Source: Vicinamibacterales bacterium | Lineage (GTDB): Bacteria > Acidobacteriota > Vicinamibacteria > Vicinamibacterales > JAMQPK01 | DNA: 64,000 nt | Assembly (NCBI GenBank): GCA_023717525.1 | Contig: JAMQPK010000126.1 | Location: 160 to 64,159 of the forward strand | Direction: 5' to 3' | Part shown: one piece after another, positions 10,275-18,716 of the stretch | Layout: the number at the start of each line of letters is the position of its first letter | How positions within the stretch are numbered: position 1 is the first letter of the stretch | The notes under the pieces: generated by a model | Seen by the model: the letters and a program-made list of their open reading frames with translations, nothing else | Told to the model about the DNA's origin: nothing | The model's database searches: none | Program-made: the position numbers and the translations under genes

Positions 10275-11674
10275 GCGAGCTATGCGATCTCCCGGCTTCA
10301 GAGCTGCGTCGCCTTGTCCTGACGCGAAAAGTCTCTGTGGTGGAAGTCGTCAAGGCGTGTCTCGAGCGTGTCAGCGTTCTCAATCCCCGGCTGAACGCGA
10401 TCGTCACGCTGAACCCGCGCGCGCTCGAGGACGCTGAAGCGATCGACCGGCGGTTGGCTGAAGGTGAGGATCCCGGCCTACTGTGCGGCCTCACTGTCGG
10501 GATCAAAGACGTGACGCCGGTCGCCGACCTTCGCACCACGTTCGGATCGCCGATCTATGCCGATCACGTGCCGAAGGAGGACGCGCTTGTCGTCCGCAGG
10601 CTCAGAAATGCCGGCGCGGTGATTCTCGGAAAGACGAATTGCCCGGAGTTCGCGGCAGGCGGAAATACGTTCAACGAGGTATTCGGCCGCACGCGGAATC
10701 CGTGGGATCCCGCAAAGAGCGCTGGCGGATCGACGGGCGGCGGCGCCGCGGCCCTGGCGTCGGGAATGATTGCGCTGGCCGAAGGCACGGATCTCGGCGG
10801 CTCGCTGCGCATTCCCGCCTCGTTTTGTGGAATTGTGGGCCTGCGGCCGTCGGTCGGGCTCGTGCCGACCCACCCGACTGACTGGCTGTGGGACACGCTG
10901 CAGGTGACTGGTCCGATGGCGCGGACCGCCGAAGATGTGGCGCTGATGCTTCAGGCCGTCGCCGGGCCGAGTGAGTATTCACCGCTGGCACAACCAGCCG
11001 CAGGGCGTGATTTCTGCGGTGCGGTGGCCGCGGGACCACGCAAGGCACTCCGGGTGGCGTATTGTCGCGACATCGCGGGCATCGGTGTCGATGCCGATGT
11101 CGAGCGCGTGTGTCGTGACGCGGCTTTTGCGCTGAAGGGTGTGGGTGTCTCGGTCGAGGAAATAGAACTGGATCTTTCGGCGGCGCGCACCGAGTTCCTG
11201 GCGCTTCGGGGCCTGTGGTTCGTCACGCAGATGTTTCCAAGGCTCGACCGGAAAGACCGCTTCGGGCCGAACGTCGCCAACAACGTCCGATCGGGCCTGG
11301 AGGTGGCGAGCCGGGATCTCGCGGCCGCAGAGAGTTACCGAGGCGCGTTGTGGCACCGGTTCAGGGAGTTCTTCAACACCTTCGATCACCTGCTGACGCC
11401 ATGTATGGCCGTTCCGCCGTTTCCGGTCGAACAGAACTACCCCGACGCAATAGACGGTCAGCCGATGAAGACCTATGTCGATTGGATTGCGCCGACGTTT
11501 GTGTTGAGCATGACGGGCTTGCCGGTCGCGTCCGTACCGGCAGGGCTGGACTCGTCCGGTCTACCGGTGGGGCTTCAGATTCTGGGAAGGCCTCTAGGCG
11601 AGGAAGCTGTGCTGGCGCTTGCCGCGTCGGTCCAGCGGGTCAGGCCAATCACGCGACGCACCGCGCGGGCATGA
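10271..11674 (+). CDS. Amidase-signature family amidase
   Basis: It has the GGSTGGGAAALASG amidase-signature Gly/Ser stretch and an upstream KD...TFGS region. ATG 10271 overlaps the cyclase stop in an ATGA, and the listed 10193 start is rejected. Confidence 0.85.
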   Translation: MSELCDLPASELRRLVLTRKVSVVEVVKACLERVSVLNPRLNAIVTLNPRALEDAEAIDRRLAEGEDPGLLCGLTVGIKDVTPVADLRTTFGSPIYADHVPKEDALVVRRLRNAGAVILGKTNCPEFAAGGNTFNEVFGRTRNPWDPAKSAGGSTGGGAAALASGMIALAEGTDLGGSLRIPASFCGIVGLRPSVGLVPTHPTDWLWDTLQVTGPMARTAEDVALMLQAVAGPSEYSPLAQPAAGRDFCGAVAAGPRKALRVAYCRDIAGIGVDADVERVCRDAAFALKGVGVSVEEIELDLSAARTEFLALRGLWFVTQMFPRLDRKDRFGPNVANNVRSGLEVASRDLAAAESYRGALWHRFREFFNTFDHLLTPCMAVPPFPVEQNYPDAIDGQPMKTYVDWIAPTFVLSMTGLPVASVPAGLDSSGLPVGLQILGRPLGEEAVLALAASVQRVRPITRRTARA

Positions 11675-11686
11675 ACGCTTTATGAG

Positions 11687-11719
11687 AAAAAAAGGCCGGA
11701 AGTCTTTCAACTCCCGGCC
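11687..11719 (-). terminator. Intrinsic terminator of the TonB-dependent receptor gene
   Basis: The minus strand reads GGCCGGGAG-TTGAAAGA-CTTCCGGCC-TTTTTTT. This is a 9-bp stem, fully paired only on the minus strand through one G-U pair, followed by a U7 tail 36 nt after the stop. Confidence 0.75.
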
Positions 11720-11722
11720 CAC

Positions 11723-11750
11723 TAACGACCAACGACGAACGACTAAAGAC
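11723..11750. repeat. Heptamer array (NAACGAC x4)
   Basis: The units TAACGAC CAACGAC GAACGAC TAAAGAC lie between the terminator hairpin and the receptor stop codon. Confidence 0.8.
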
Positions 11751-11754
11751 TAAT

Positions 11755-14700
11755 TTAGTTGAACGAGTACCGCAGACTGAGCATCCACTGATACACGTCG
11801 CCGGTGAACGCCGAACGCGAGACCGAATTCGTGATCAGCTGGTTATTGAGGGTCGCGAGACGATAGGTGGCTCTGCCCTGGGCGTCGACGGCAGGGTTCG
11901 TCAGAATCTGCACCTGATTGTTCGTGTTCGTCGATGCAACCTGCTGCCAGCTTACGCCCCATCCGCTGTTCAACAGGTTGCCGAGGTTGAAGATATCCAG
12001 GCGAAGCTGAAACGCATTGCGCTGGTCGTGAACGTTCTTGAAGAAATCCTGCGAGATGCTCATGTCCGCGCGATTGAACATCGGCATGACCCCGGCGTTC
12101 CTCTTGGCGTACTCGCCGCGGTGCTCCTTTAGATAGGAATCCTGCTTAATGAACGCCTCGAACGCTGCCGCCTGCTGATCGGCGCTGTACGTGATGCCGG
12201 TGGTGGTGGTAAACGCCGAGAAGTTCATTTCGGACGCATCCTTCGGGATATAGATCAGGTCGTTCGTCACGCCGTCGCCGTTCAAGTCGCCGCCATAGAT
12301 GTAGCTGAAGCGCGAAGACGGGGTGGACGACGCCTGAGCTTCGCGCGCTTCCCAGAAGACCGACACGGATGTTGCACCGAACTTGAAGTACTCGTGACTA
12401 TACGAGCCCAGCACGAACACGCGGTGGCCAGGCGACCACATCGAATAAGAGACGCCAGAGTTATTCGGATCTCCGAACGTCGACACTCTCTGAAAGCTTG
12501 TCGCGGCCGTCGATTCCGGATCGACCAGCGTCCTCGAGACACCGTAACTATAGGCGCCGCGCAGAGACAACCCGAAGGTCGTCGTCTTCGACAGCGACTG
12601 GGAGAAATTCGACGAACTGCCCTCGTTACCGTTCTTGAGCACGTAGTTGACCGTCACCTGGTTGCCGGTGTCGTTGTTGATGCGGTTGACGCACCCGCCT
12701 GCCTGACCGTTGGCCGCGCACGCCACCCCGACCCATCGCATGCGGTTGTCGACGCCGTTGAAGGCGCCTTGTGCCGCAGGCAGATTGGAGTTGATGTAGT
12801 AGACGCCGTTGACGTCGTTGGCGTACAGGAATTCCGTCGTGCTGACAATTCCCTTCGGCAGCCGGTGATCGAGCGCGATGTTCGAGCGCCACACCTGCGG
12901 GAATTTGAAGTCGGGGTCGGTCACGTTCAGGGCATAGCTGCTTGCGCCGGCGCCTGTCGGCGTACCCTGGTACTTCTTCACATCCGTCGTGAAGGGGAAC
13001 GCCGTGGTGTTGTCAACGATGCGCTCGCCGATGAGCACGCCGGTATTGCCGATCTGGTTGGAGATCCAGACGTAGGGCGGGCGGCCCGTGAACAGCCCGG
13101 TGCCTCCGCGCACCTGAGTCTTCTGGTCGCCGGTGACGTCCCAGTTGATGCCCACGCGCGGCGACCAGAGTATCTGCGTATCCGGCATCCGGCCGGTGTC
13201 GTACTTCACCGGACTGCCCGTCTCGTCGCGGAACGTCAACGCGTCGGCAGCCGCATTTCGGTACGCCGTGTTCTTGAACTTAGTGATGTCGGCGCGGACG
13301 CCGGCGGTGAGGGTGACATTGCGTCGAGGCCGCCATTCATCCTGAGCGTAGCCGGCGCCGTACCAGACATCCAGCGGCTGCAAAGGCTTATCGAGGCCCG
13401 GCAGGTTCACCCAGCGGATCTGGAACCGGCCGGCCGTCACCGGCGAGACCGTCCGGTTGGGATTTGCCAGGGCATCGTTGGCATCGGCATAGAAATCGGT
13501 CTGGGAGTTGTACTGCCAGGCGCCCTGCGGACAGCAGCCAAAAAACACGTTGTCCGAATGATACTTCTCGGCAAATGTGCCAAAGGTGAACGAGTGTTTG
13601 TCGGTGAACTTCGTCAGGTTGTCCTGAATCTGAAACGTGCCGTAGCGCAACTCGTTGTTGACGGTGAACGGTTCGAAGCCAAACGATGAATAAGACGTGC
13701 CGGCCTCGAAGATGTCGACGAAGGGGAACATCTTTCCGCGCGCGTCGCGGCTCTCGTCCTGATAGGTGTAGCCGGTCTGAAACGTGTTGGCCATGTTGTT
13801 GCCAAGCACCGTGTTCCACTCGCCGATGCCGGATTTCATGTTCTCGAGAATCTTGTAGTCCGAGTTCTGGAAATTCATGGACGTCGCGCTGTTGCCCGAT
13901 CGGCCTCGGAGCGCCGAACCCGAACTCGACATGTACACGTCGGTGAACGAATCCAGTTGGGTGTACCTGAATGTGATCTTGTTCGTGTTGTTGAGGTTGT
14001 AATCGCTGCGGATCAAGAACCGTTTGGCGGGCGTCTGGTCGGGAACGTCCTCGAACGGACCTGTTTCGTAGCCGAATTTCGAACCCAGGAACGAGCTCAG
14101 CGCTGTCATGTCGGAAGCCGATACGCGTGTAATCTGACCCGCGACGGCCTCGCCGCGGTTGGCGCGAAAGGTCGAGAGCGGACGTTCGTCCTTCTCATCT
14201 TCATAGTTCCCGAATGCGAACCATTTGTTCTTCACGATGGGCCCAGACCCAAAGCCGCCGGTGTTCCGGAATGTGAACGTGCCCGGATTCACCGTCTGGC
14301 CTTTGGCCTCGGTGCCGACCCAGTCCTGGTCGCGGAACCGGTGGTAGAACGCGCCGGCGACCTTGTTTGCGCCGCTGCGCGTGACCGTATTGACGCCCGC
14401 ACCGACGAAGCTGCCCTGGCGCACGTCGAACGGCGCCACGCTCACCTGAATCTGTTCGATGGCCTCGAGCGAGATGGGAGCAACGCCCGTGCGGCCGCCG
14501 ACCTCGCCAGAAAGGCCGAAGCCGCTGTTGAAGGTCGATCCGTCAACCGTCATGTTGTTCATGCGGTTGTCCTGGCCGGCGAACGTGCCGCTCGCGCCGG
14601 CTTGTGGCGACAGGCGCGTCACGTCGCCGATCCGGCCCGACAACGTCGGCAGGTTGGCAATCTCGTCGCGGCTCACCTGTGTCGCCGCGCCCGTCCGGTT

Positions 14701-15135
14701 CGACGAAAAAACGGGGTCGCTCTGTCCGGAGACGGTCACTTCCTCGCTCACCGTGATGGCCTGAACGATGACGTTGACGTCGCTCGAGATTCCGAGGTTG
14801 ACGGTAATGCCCTCCTTCGTTTGTGGCGCGAACGCCGCGCCACCCGCTCCGGTGAACACGACCTGCAAGGTGTAGGGCCCCCCAACGCGCATGTTCGGGA
14901 TCGCGTATCGACCGTCTGCGCGGGTCGTCGTTTCATAGCTCGTCCCAGATGGCTCGTGGATAGCGATGACAGATGCACCGGCGACGGGCTGACTCTGGGC
15001 ATTGGTGACCAGACCGCTGATGGTCCCCGTGGTCACGCCCTGTGCATAGGCTCTCCCGGTGGAGCCCGAGACCGAGCCAAGCGCGACAAACGCGAACGCG
15101 AGCCAAAGGGCCAGGCTGCTGTGACGTAAATTCAT
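11755..15135 (-). CDS. TonB-dependent outer-membrane receptor with N-terminal carboxypeptidase-regulatory-like domain
   Basis: It has a signal peptide (MNLRHSSLALWLAFAFVALG...AYAQG), a CarboxypepD_reg-like strand pattern (GTISGLVTNAQSQPVAGASVIAIHEPSGTSYETTTRADGRYAIPNMRVGGPYTL), a plug region and a long beta-barrel. ATG 15135 is preceded by GGAGAG. Confidence 0.9.
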   Translation of the reverse strand: MNLRHSSLALWLAFAFVALGSVSGSTGRAYAQGVTTGTISGLVTNAQSQPVAGASVIAIHEPSGTSYETTTRADGRYAIPNMRVGGPYTLQVVFTGAGGAAFAPQTKEGITVNLGISSDVNVIVQAITVSEEVTVSGQSDPVFSSNRTGAATQVSRDEIANLPTLSGRIGDVTRLSPQAGASGTFAGQDNRMNNMTVDGSTFNSGFGLSGEVGGRTGVAPISLEAIEQIQVSVAPFDVRQGSFVGAGVNTVTRSGANKVAGAFYHRFRDQDWVGTEAKGQTVNPGTFTFRNTGGFGSGPIVKNKWFAFGNYEDEKDERPLSTFRANRGEAVAGQITRVSASDMTALSSFLGSKFGYETGPFEDVPDQTPAKRFLIRSDYNLNNTNKITFRYTQLDSFTDVYMSSSGSALRGRSGNSATSMNFQNSDYKILENMKSGIGEWNTVLGNNMANTFQTGYTYQDESRDARGKMFPFVDIFEAGTSYSSFGFEPFTVNNELRYGTFQIQDNLTKFTDKHSFTFGTFAEKYHSDNVFFGCCPQGAWQYNSQTDFYADANDALANPNRTVSPVTAGRFQIRWVNLPGLDKPLQPLDVWYGAGYAQDEWRPRRNVTLTAGVRADITKFKNTAYRNAAADALTFRDETGSPVKYDTGRMPDTQILWSPRVGINWDVTGDQKTQVRGGTGLFTGRPPYVWISNQIGNTGVLIGERIVDNTTAFPFTTDVKKYQGTPTGAGASSYALNVTDPDFKFPQVWRSNIALDHRLPKGIVSTTEFLYANDVNGVYYINSNLPAAQGAFNGVDNRMRWVGVACAANGQAGGCVNRINNDTGNQVTVNYVLKNGNEGSSSNFSQSLSKTTTFGLSLRGAYSYGVSRTLVDPESTAATSFQRVSTFGDPNNSGVSYSMWSPGHRVFVLGSYSHEYFKFGATSVSVFWEAREAQASSTPSSRFSYIYGGDLNGDGVTNDLIYIPKDASEMNFSAFTTTTGITYSADQQAAAFEAFIKQDSYLKEHRGEYAKRNAGVMPMFNRADMSISQDFFKNVHDQRNAFQLRLDIFNLGNLLNSGWGVSWQQVASTNTNNQVQILTNPAVDAQGRATYRLATLNNQLITNSVSRSAFTGDVYQWMLSLRYSFN

Positions 15136-15161
15136 GATGTGCTCTCCAGACTGTTCTAGAC

Positions 15162-15300
15162 CATACGTCCGGGCGGCAACGAACGTATGAATGAAGTTGA
15201 AACGTGGGATAAATTGCACGGAGGCCCGATAACGAACAAGGAAAGAAGGTATTAAGGACAAGATGAAAACAGGCTTGACCCGCTGCCGCCCGAACGTACG
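15162..15300 (-). other. Structured 5' leader or MITE-like inverted repeat upstream of the TonB-dependent receptor gene
   Basis: The 17-nt arms at 15284-15300 and 15162-15178 pair perfectly in the minus-strand RNA (15 Watson-Crick plus 2 G-U pairs) and enclose 105 nt. On the plus strand the same two positions would be C-A mismatches. Confidence 0.5.
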
Positions 15301-15369
15301 CCTATTATTGTGACCGGCTTTCGGGCCTTACGCAACTCGACAAACTTGTGACCGAACCGACGGAATTGT

Positions 15370-15906
15370 CTACGCGAACGTCGCCTGTCCGGTCATTTGT
15401 TCGGCCTCACGCCGATCCAAATTATCGGCGAGCGCCTCCAAAACCTCGCGTGTCGCCTTCAGCTTTGCCGGGGGCATGTGGGAGAGCGTTTTCGAGACCG
15501 CGGCTTCAATGGCACCTACAGCCATATGGCTCATCCGGCGGCCTTTAGGGGTGAGGAGTATGCGGAGCCGCCGCCGGTCTCTTGTGTCGGGTTGCAGCAG
15601 GAGCAGGCCACGCTGACTCATCTGCTGGAGGACGCCCGTCAGCGTGCTCGGATCGAGATGTAGGACTTTCGCGAGATCGCCGGCCGAGATGCCGGGGAAC
15701 TCGTTCACGACCTGGATGATGAGCCGCTGCCGCCCGGTGACCCCGTATTTCGATTTCATGTAGCGCGAGGTCGTCGCGAGGCCGTGATTGATCGCCCAGA
15801 GCACGCGGAGGAAATCGAGCGCCTGTCCAAGCGGGCGCGTCTCGTAGGGCAGGCTTGTCGCGTTCGACTCGTCAACTCGGGACATTCTCAGCTCCGTCTC
15901 AGGCAT
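15370..15906 (-). CDS. MarR-family transcriptional regulator
   Basis: It has a winged-helix region (GVTGRQRLIIQVVNEFPGISAGDLAKVLHLDPSTLTGVLQQMSQRGLLLLQPDTRDRRRLRILLTPKGRR). The ATG at 15906 is preferred over the GTG at 15912. Confidence 0.85.
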   Translation of the reverse strand: MPETELRMSRVDESNATSLPYETRPLGQALDFLRVLWAINHGLATTSRYMKSKYGVTGRQRLIIQVVNEFPGISAGDLAKVLHLDPSTLTGVLQQMSQRGLLLLQPDTRDRRRLRILLTPKGRRMSHMAVGAIEAAVSKTLSHMPPAKLKATREVLEALADNLDRREAEQMTGQATFA

Positions 15907-16001
15907 ATGCACCTTTGCACGTGTATAACGACGGAGTGGGGAAAAACGCTTACCTCGTTACCCAACGGTGGGACCTAAAACGGTTTAGTAAAGGAATTTA
16001 C

Positions 16002-16586
16002 TCACGGTGCCAGCTTCGATATTTTCCAGCCCCGGCCCTTCTTCACGTAGAACGTCCGGTCGTGAAGCCGGAAACGCTGCCCCTGCCAGAACTCAATGCT
16101 GTCCGGGATGACACGGAACCCTCCCCAGAACGGCGGACGCGGCACGCGCTTGCCGGAAAATAGTGCAGCCAGACGCGCGTACTCGCGTTCAAGGAACGCC
16201 CGGTCGGGAATCTCCGAGCTTTGCGGCGAGGCCCAGGCACTGAGCCGGCTCTCGCGCGGGCGACTGCTGAAATAGCGATCAGACTCGGTGCGGGGCACCT
16301 TTTCGACGCGCCCCTCGACCCGCACTTGCCGCTCGCCCTCGGGCCAATGGAACACGCATGCCGCGCGGGGGTTGGCAACCAGGTCAGCGGCTTTTGGACT
16401 CCGATAGTTGGTGAAAAAGACGAAACCACCTCGACTGAAGCCCCGGTACAGCACCATCCGGACCGAGGGTGCGCCGGCCGAGGAAGCCGTGGCCAGGGCC
16501 ATCGCTTCGGGCAGCAGCGCCCCCGAGGCAGCCGCTTCCTTGTACCACCGCTTGAACAGGGCGATTGGATCGGCCGTTTCAGGCAT
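16002..16586 (-). CDS. pdxH: Pyridoxamine 5'-phosphate oxidase
   Basis: The 194-aa product has SVRMVLYRGF, FVFFTNYRSPKA and the C-terminal IEFWQGQRFRLHDR motifs. The long listed ORF (to 17630) is an antisense extension across glnS. Confidence 0.9.
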   Translation of the reverse strand: MPETADPIALFKRWYKEAAASGALLPEAMALATASSAGAPSVRMVLYRGFSRGGFVFFTNYRSPKAADLVANPRAACVFHWPEGERQVRVEGRVEKVPRTESDRYFSSRPRESRLSAWASPQSSEIPDRAFLEREYARLAALFSGKRVPRPPFWGGFRVIPDSIEFWQGQRFRLHDRTFYVKKGRGWKISKLAP

Positions 16587-16619
16587 CAACTCGTCATTCT
16601 GCACTAAAATTGGCGGCTC

Positions 16620-18323
16620 ATGCCGACGCCAAGCGCCGACAGACGCCCCGAGGCGCCCCCCCGGGACTTCATTCGCGACATCGTTTCTCAGGATCTGGTC
16701 TCCGGCAAACACGGGGGAAAGGTCCACACCAGGTTTCCGCCTGAACCCAACGGGTATCTTCACATCGGGCATGCGAAGTCGATCTGCCTGAACTTCGGTA
16801 TTGCGCTGGAGTATGCGTCGCCCTGCAATCTCCGATTCGACGATACGAACCCCACAAAGGAAGATATCGAGTACGTCACAGCCATCCAGACCGACGTCAA
16901 GTGGCTTGGCTTCGATTGGGGCAGCCATGTCTACTTCGCATCCGACTACTTCGAGCAACTCTATGGCTTCGCCGTGGAGCTCATTCGGAAAGGCAAAGCC
17001 TACGTCGACAGCCTGACGGCCGACGAGATTCGCGAGCACCGCGGAACCTTGACCGAGCCCGGACGCGAGAGCCCGTATCGCCATCGATCGGTCGACGAAA
17101 ACATCGACCTCTTTGCGCGGATGCGGGCTGGCGAGTTCGCGGATGGCTCGGTCGTGCTCCGCGCGAAGATCGACATGGCGTCCGGCAACATCAACATGCG
17201 CGATCCGGTGCTGTACCGCATCCGCCGCGCGACGCACTACCGGACGGCGGATCAGTGGTGCATTTATCCGTTGTACGACTACGCGCATCCCGTGTCTGAC
17301 GCAATTGAAGGGATTACGCACTCGCTGTGCACGCTCGAGTTCGAAGATCACCGCCCGTTCTACGACTGGGTGCTCGACAACACGTCGGTCGCCTGCCATC
17401 CGCAGCAGATTGAATTCGCGAAGCTGAACCTGTCCTACACGATGATGGGCAAGCGCAAGCTCATCGAGATGGTGCAGGGACAGCACGTGAGCGGTTGGGA
17501 CGATCCCCGGATGCCGACGATTTGCGGGCTGCGGCGTCGCGGCTACACACCGGAATCGGTACGGAACTTCTGCGAGCGCATCGGTGTGGCCAAGCGCGAA
17601 AACGTCGTCGACATCGCCAACCTCGAGCACGCCATTCGCGAAGACCTGAACGTGCGCGCGCCTCGAGTCATGGCGGTGCTGAATCCGCTGAAGGTTGTCA
17701 TCGAGAACTACCCGGACGGCCAGGTTGAAGAAGTCGACGTCATCAACAACCCCGAGGATTCATCGGCTGGCACACGCAAGGTCCCGTTTGGCCGTGTGCT
17801 GTACATCGAGCGCGACGACTTCATGGAGGATCCGCCGAAGAAGTTCTTCCGGCTGTCGCCCGGCAAGGAAGTGCGGCTCCGCTGCGCCTACTTCATCAAG
17901 TGCACGGACGTGGTGAAGGACCCCGCTACCGGCGAGGTGACCGAACTGCGGGCCAGCTACGATCCCGCGACACGCGGAGGCGACTCACCCGACGGCCGCA
18001 AAGTGAAGGCGACGCTGCACTGGGTCTCGGCCGAGCGTGCGCTCGATGCCGAGGTACGGCTCTATGACCGTCTGTTTACGATCGAGGATCCAGCGGCCGA
18101 GGATAACTATCTCGATCATCTCAACCCGCACTCGCTCGAGGTGCTGCGCGGCGCCAAAGCGGAGCCAAGCCTCGCCGGCGCGCATGCGGGAGCGCGATAT
18201 CAGTTCGAGCGCCTCGGCTACTTCTGCGTCGACTCCGACTCGTCGGCCGGCCGGCTGGTTTTCAACCGAACGGTGTCGCTTCGTGATACGTGGGCGAAAA
18301 TTCAGAAGAACTCTGGCATATAG
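16620..18323 (+). CDS. glnS: Glutamine--tRNA ligase
   Basis: It has the class I HIGH motif ([14 protein letters not shown]) and a KMSKS-type motif (YTMMGKRKL). Overall length and order are GlnRS-like. Confidence 0.93.
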   Translation: MPTPSADRRPEAPPRDFIRDIVSQDLVSGKHGGKVHTRFPPEPNGYLHIGHAKSICLNFGIALEYASPCNLRFDDTNPTKEDIEYVTAIQTDVKWLGFDWGSHVYFASDYFEQLYGFAVELIRKGKAYVDSLTADEIREHRGTLTEPGRESPYRHRSVDENIDLFARMRAGEFADGSVVLRAKIDMASGNINMRDPVLYRIRRATHYRTADQWCIYPLYDYAHPVSDAIEGITHSLCTLEFEDHRPFYDWVLDNTSVACHPQQIEFAKLNLSYTMMGKRKLIEMVQGQHVSGWDDPRMPTICGLRRRGYTPESVRNFCERIGVAKRENVVDIANLEHAIREDLNVRAPRVMAVLNPLKVVIENYPDGQVEEVDVINNPEDSSAGTRKVPFGRVLYIERDDFMEDPPKKFFRLSPGKEVRLRCAYFIKCTDVVKDPATGEVTELRASYDPATRGGDSPDGRKVKATLHWVSAERALDAEVRLYDRLFTIEDPAAEDNYLDHLNPHSLEVLRGAKAEPSLAGAHAGARYQFERLGYFCVDSDSSAGRLVFNRTVSLRDTWAKIQKNSGI

Positions 18324-18335
18324 TGTGTCCTCCCG

Positions 18336-18716
18336 ATGAACCGATTTCTGGCGCAGGACGTGGCGTTCGAGCCGGCCGATCCGAAGAATTTCGTGGGGAA
18401 CGCGCGCGTGAAACGGCTGAGGATGGCCGAAGGCACTGTGGTCTTTCTCGTCGAGTTCGATCCCGGCGGGCGCACAAACTGGCACGCCCATAGCGCGCCC
18501 CAGTTGCTGCTCGTCAACGAGGGACGCGGCCTGGTGCAGAAGTGGGGCGAGCCCATCGTCGAACTGACGGCCGGCGATGCCATCACGATCGAGCCGAACG
18601 AAAAGCACTGGCATGGCGCGGCGCCTTCCGCCAGAATGGCGCACTTTGCCGTGAACCTGAATCTGACCACTAAGTGGTTCGAACCTGTATCGGACGACCA
18701 ATACTGTGCATCCTGA
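18336..18716 (+). CDS. Cupin-domain protein
   Basis: The 126-aa protein has the cupin metal motifs GGRTNWHAH...E and EKHWHGA. Confidence 0.75.
   Translation: MNRFLAQDVAFEPADPKNFVGNARVKRLRMAEGTVVFLVEFDPGGRTNWHAHSAPQLLLVNEGRGLVQKWGEPIVELTAGDAITIEPNEKHWHGAAPSARMAHFAVNLNLTTKWFEPVSDDQYCAS

Noticed and set aside
15136-15261. A 42-codon in-frame N-terminal extension of the TonB-dependent receptor ORF
   Set aside because: The signal peptide begins at the Met at 15135, which has a GGAGAG Shine-Dalgarno. The extension lies in AT-richer leader sequence containing the long-range helix and does not look like protein.
15136-15369. A cobalamin riboswitch upstream of the TonB-dependent receptor
   Set aside because: I could not find a B12-box-like consensus or the usual GCCACUG element by eye. 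The region is kept only as an unclassified structured leader.
16587-17630. N-terminal extension of the pdxH ORF (the listed 542-aa ORF)
   Set aside because: The extension is antisense to glnS and has no family resemblance. PdxH-like sequence starts at the Met at 16586, giving a normal 194-aa protein.
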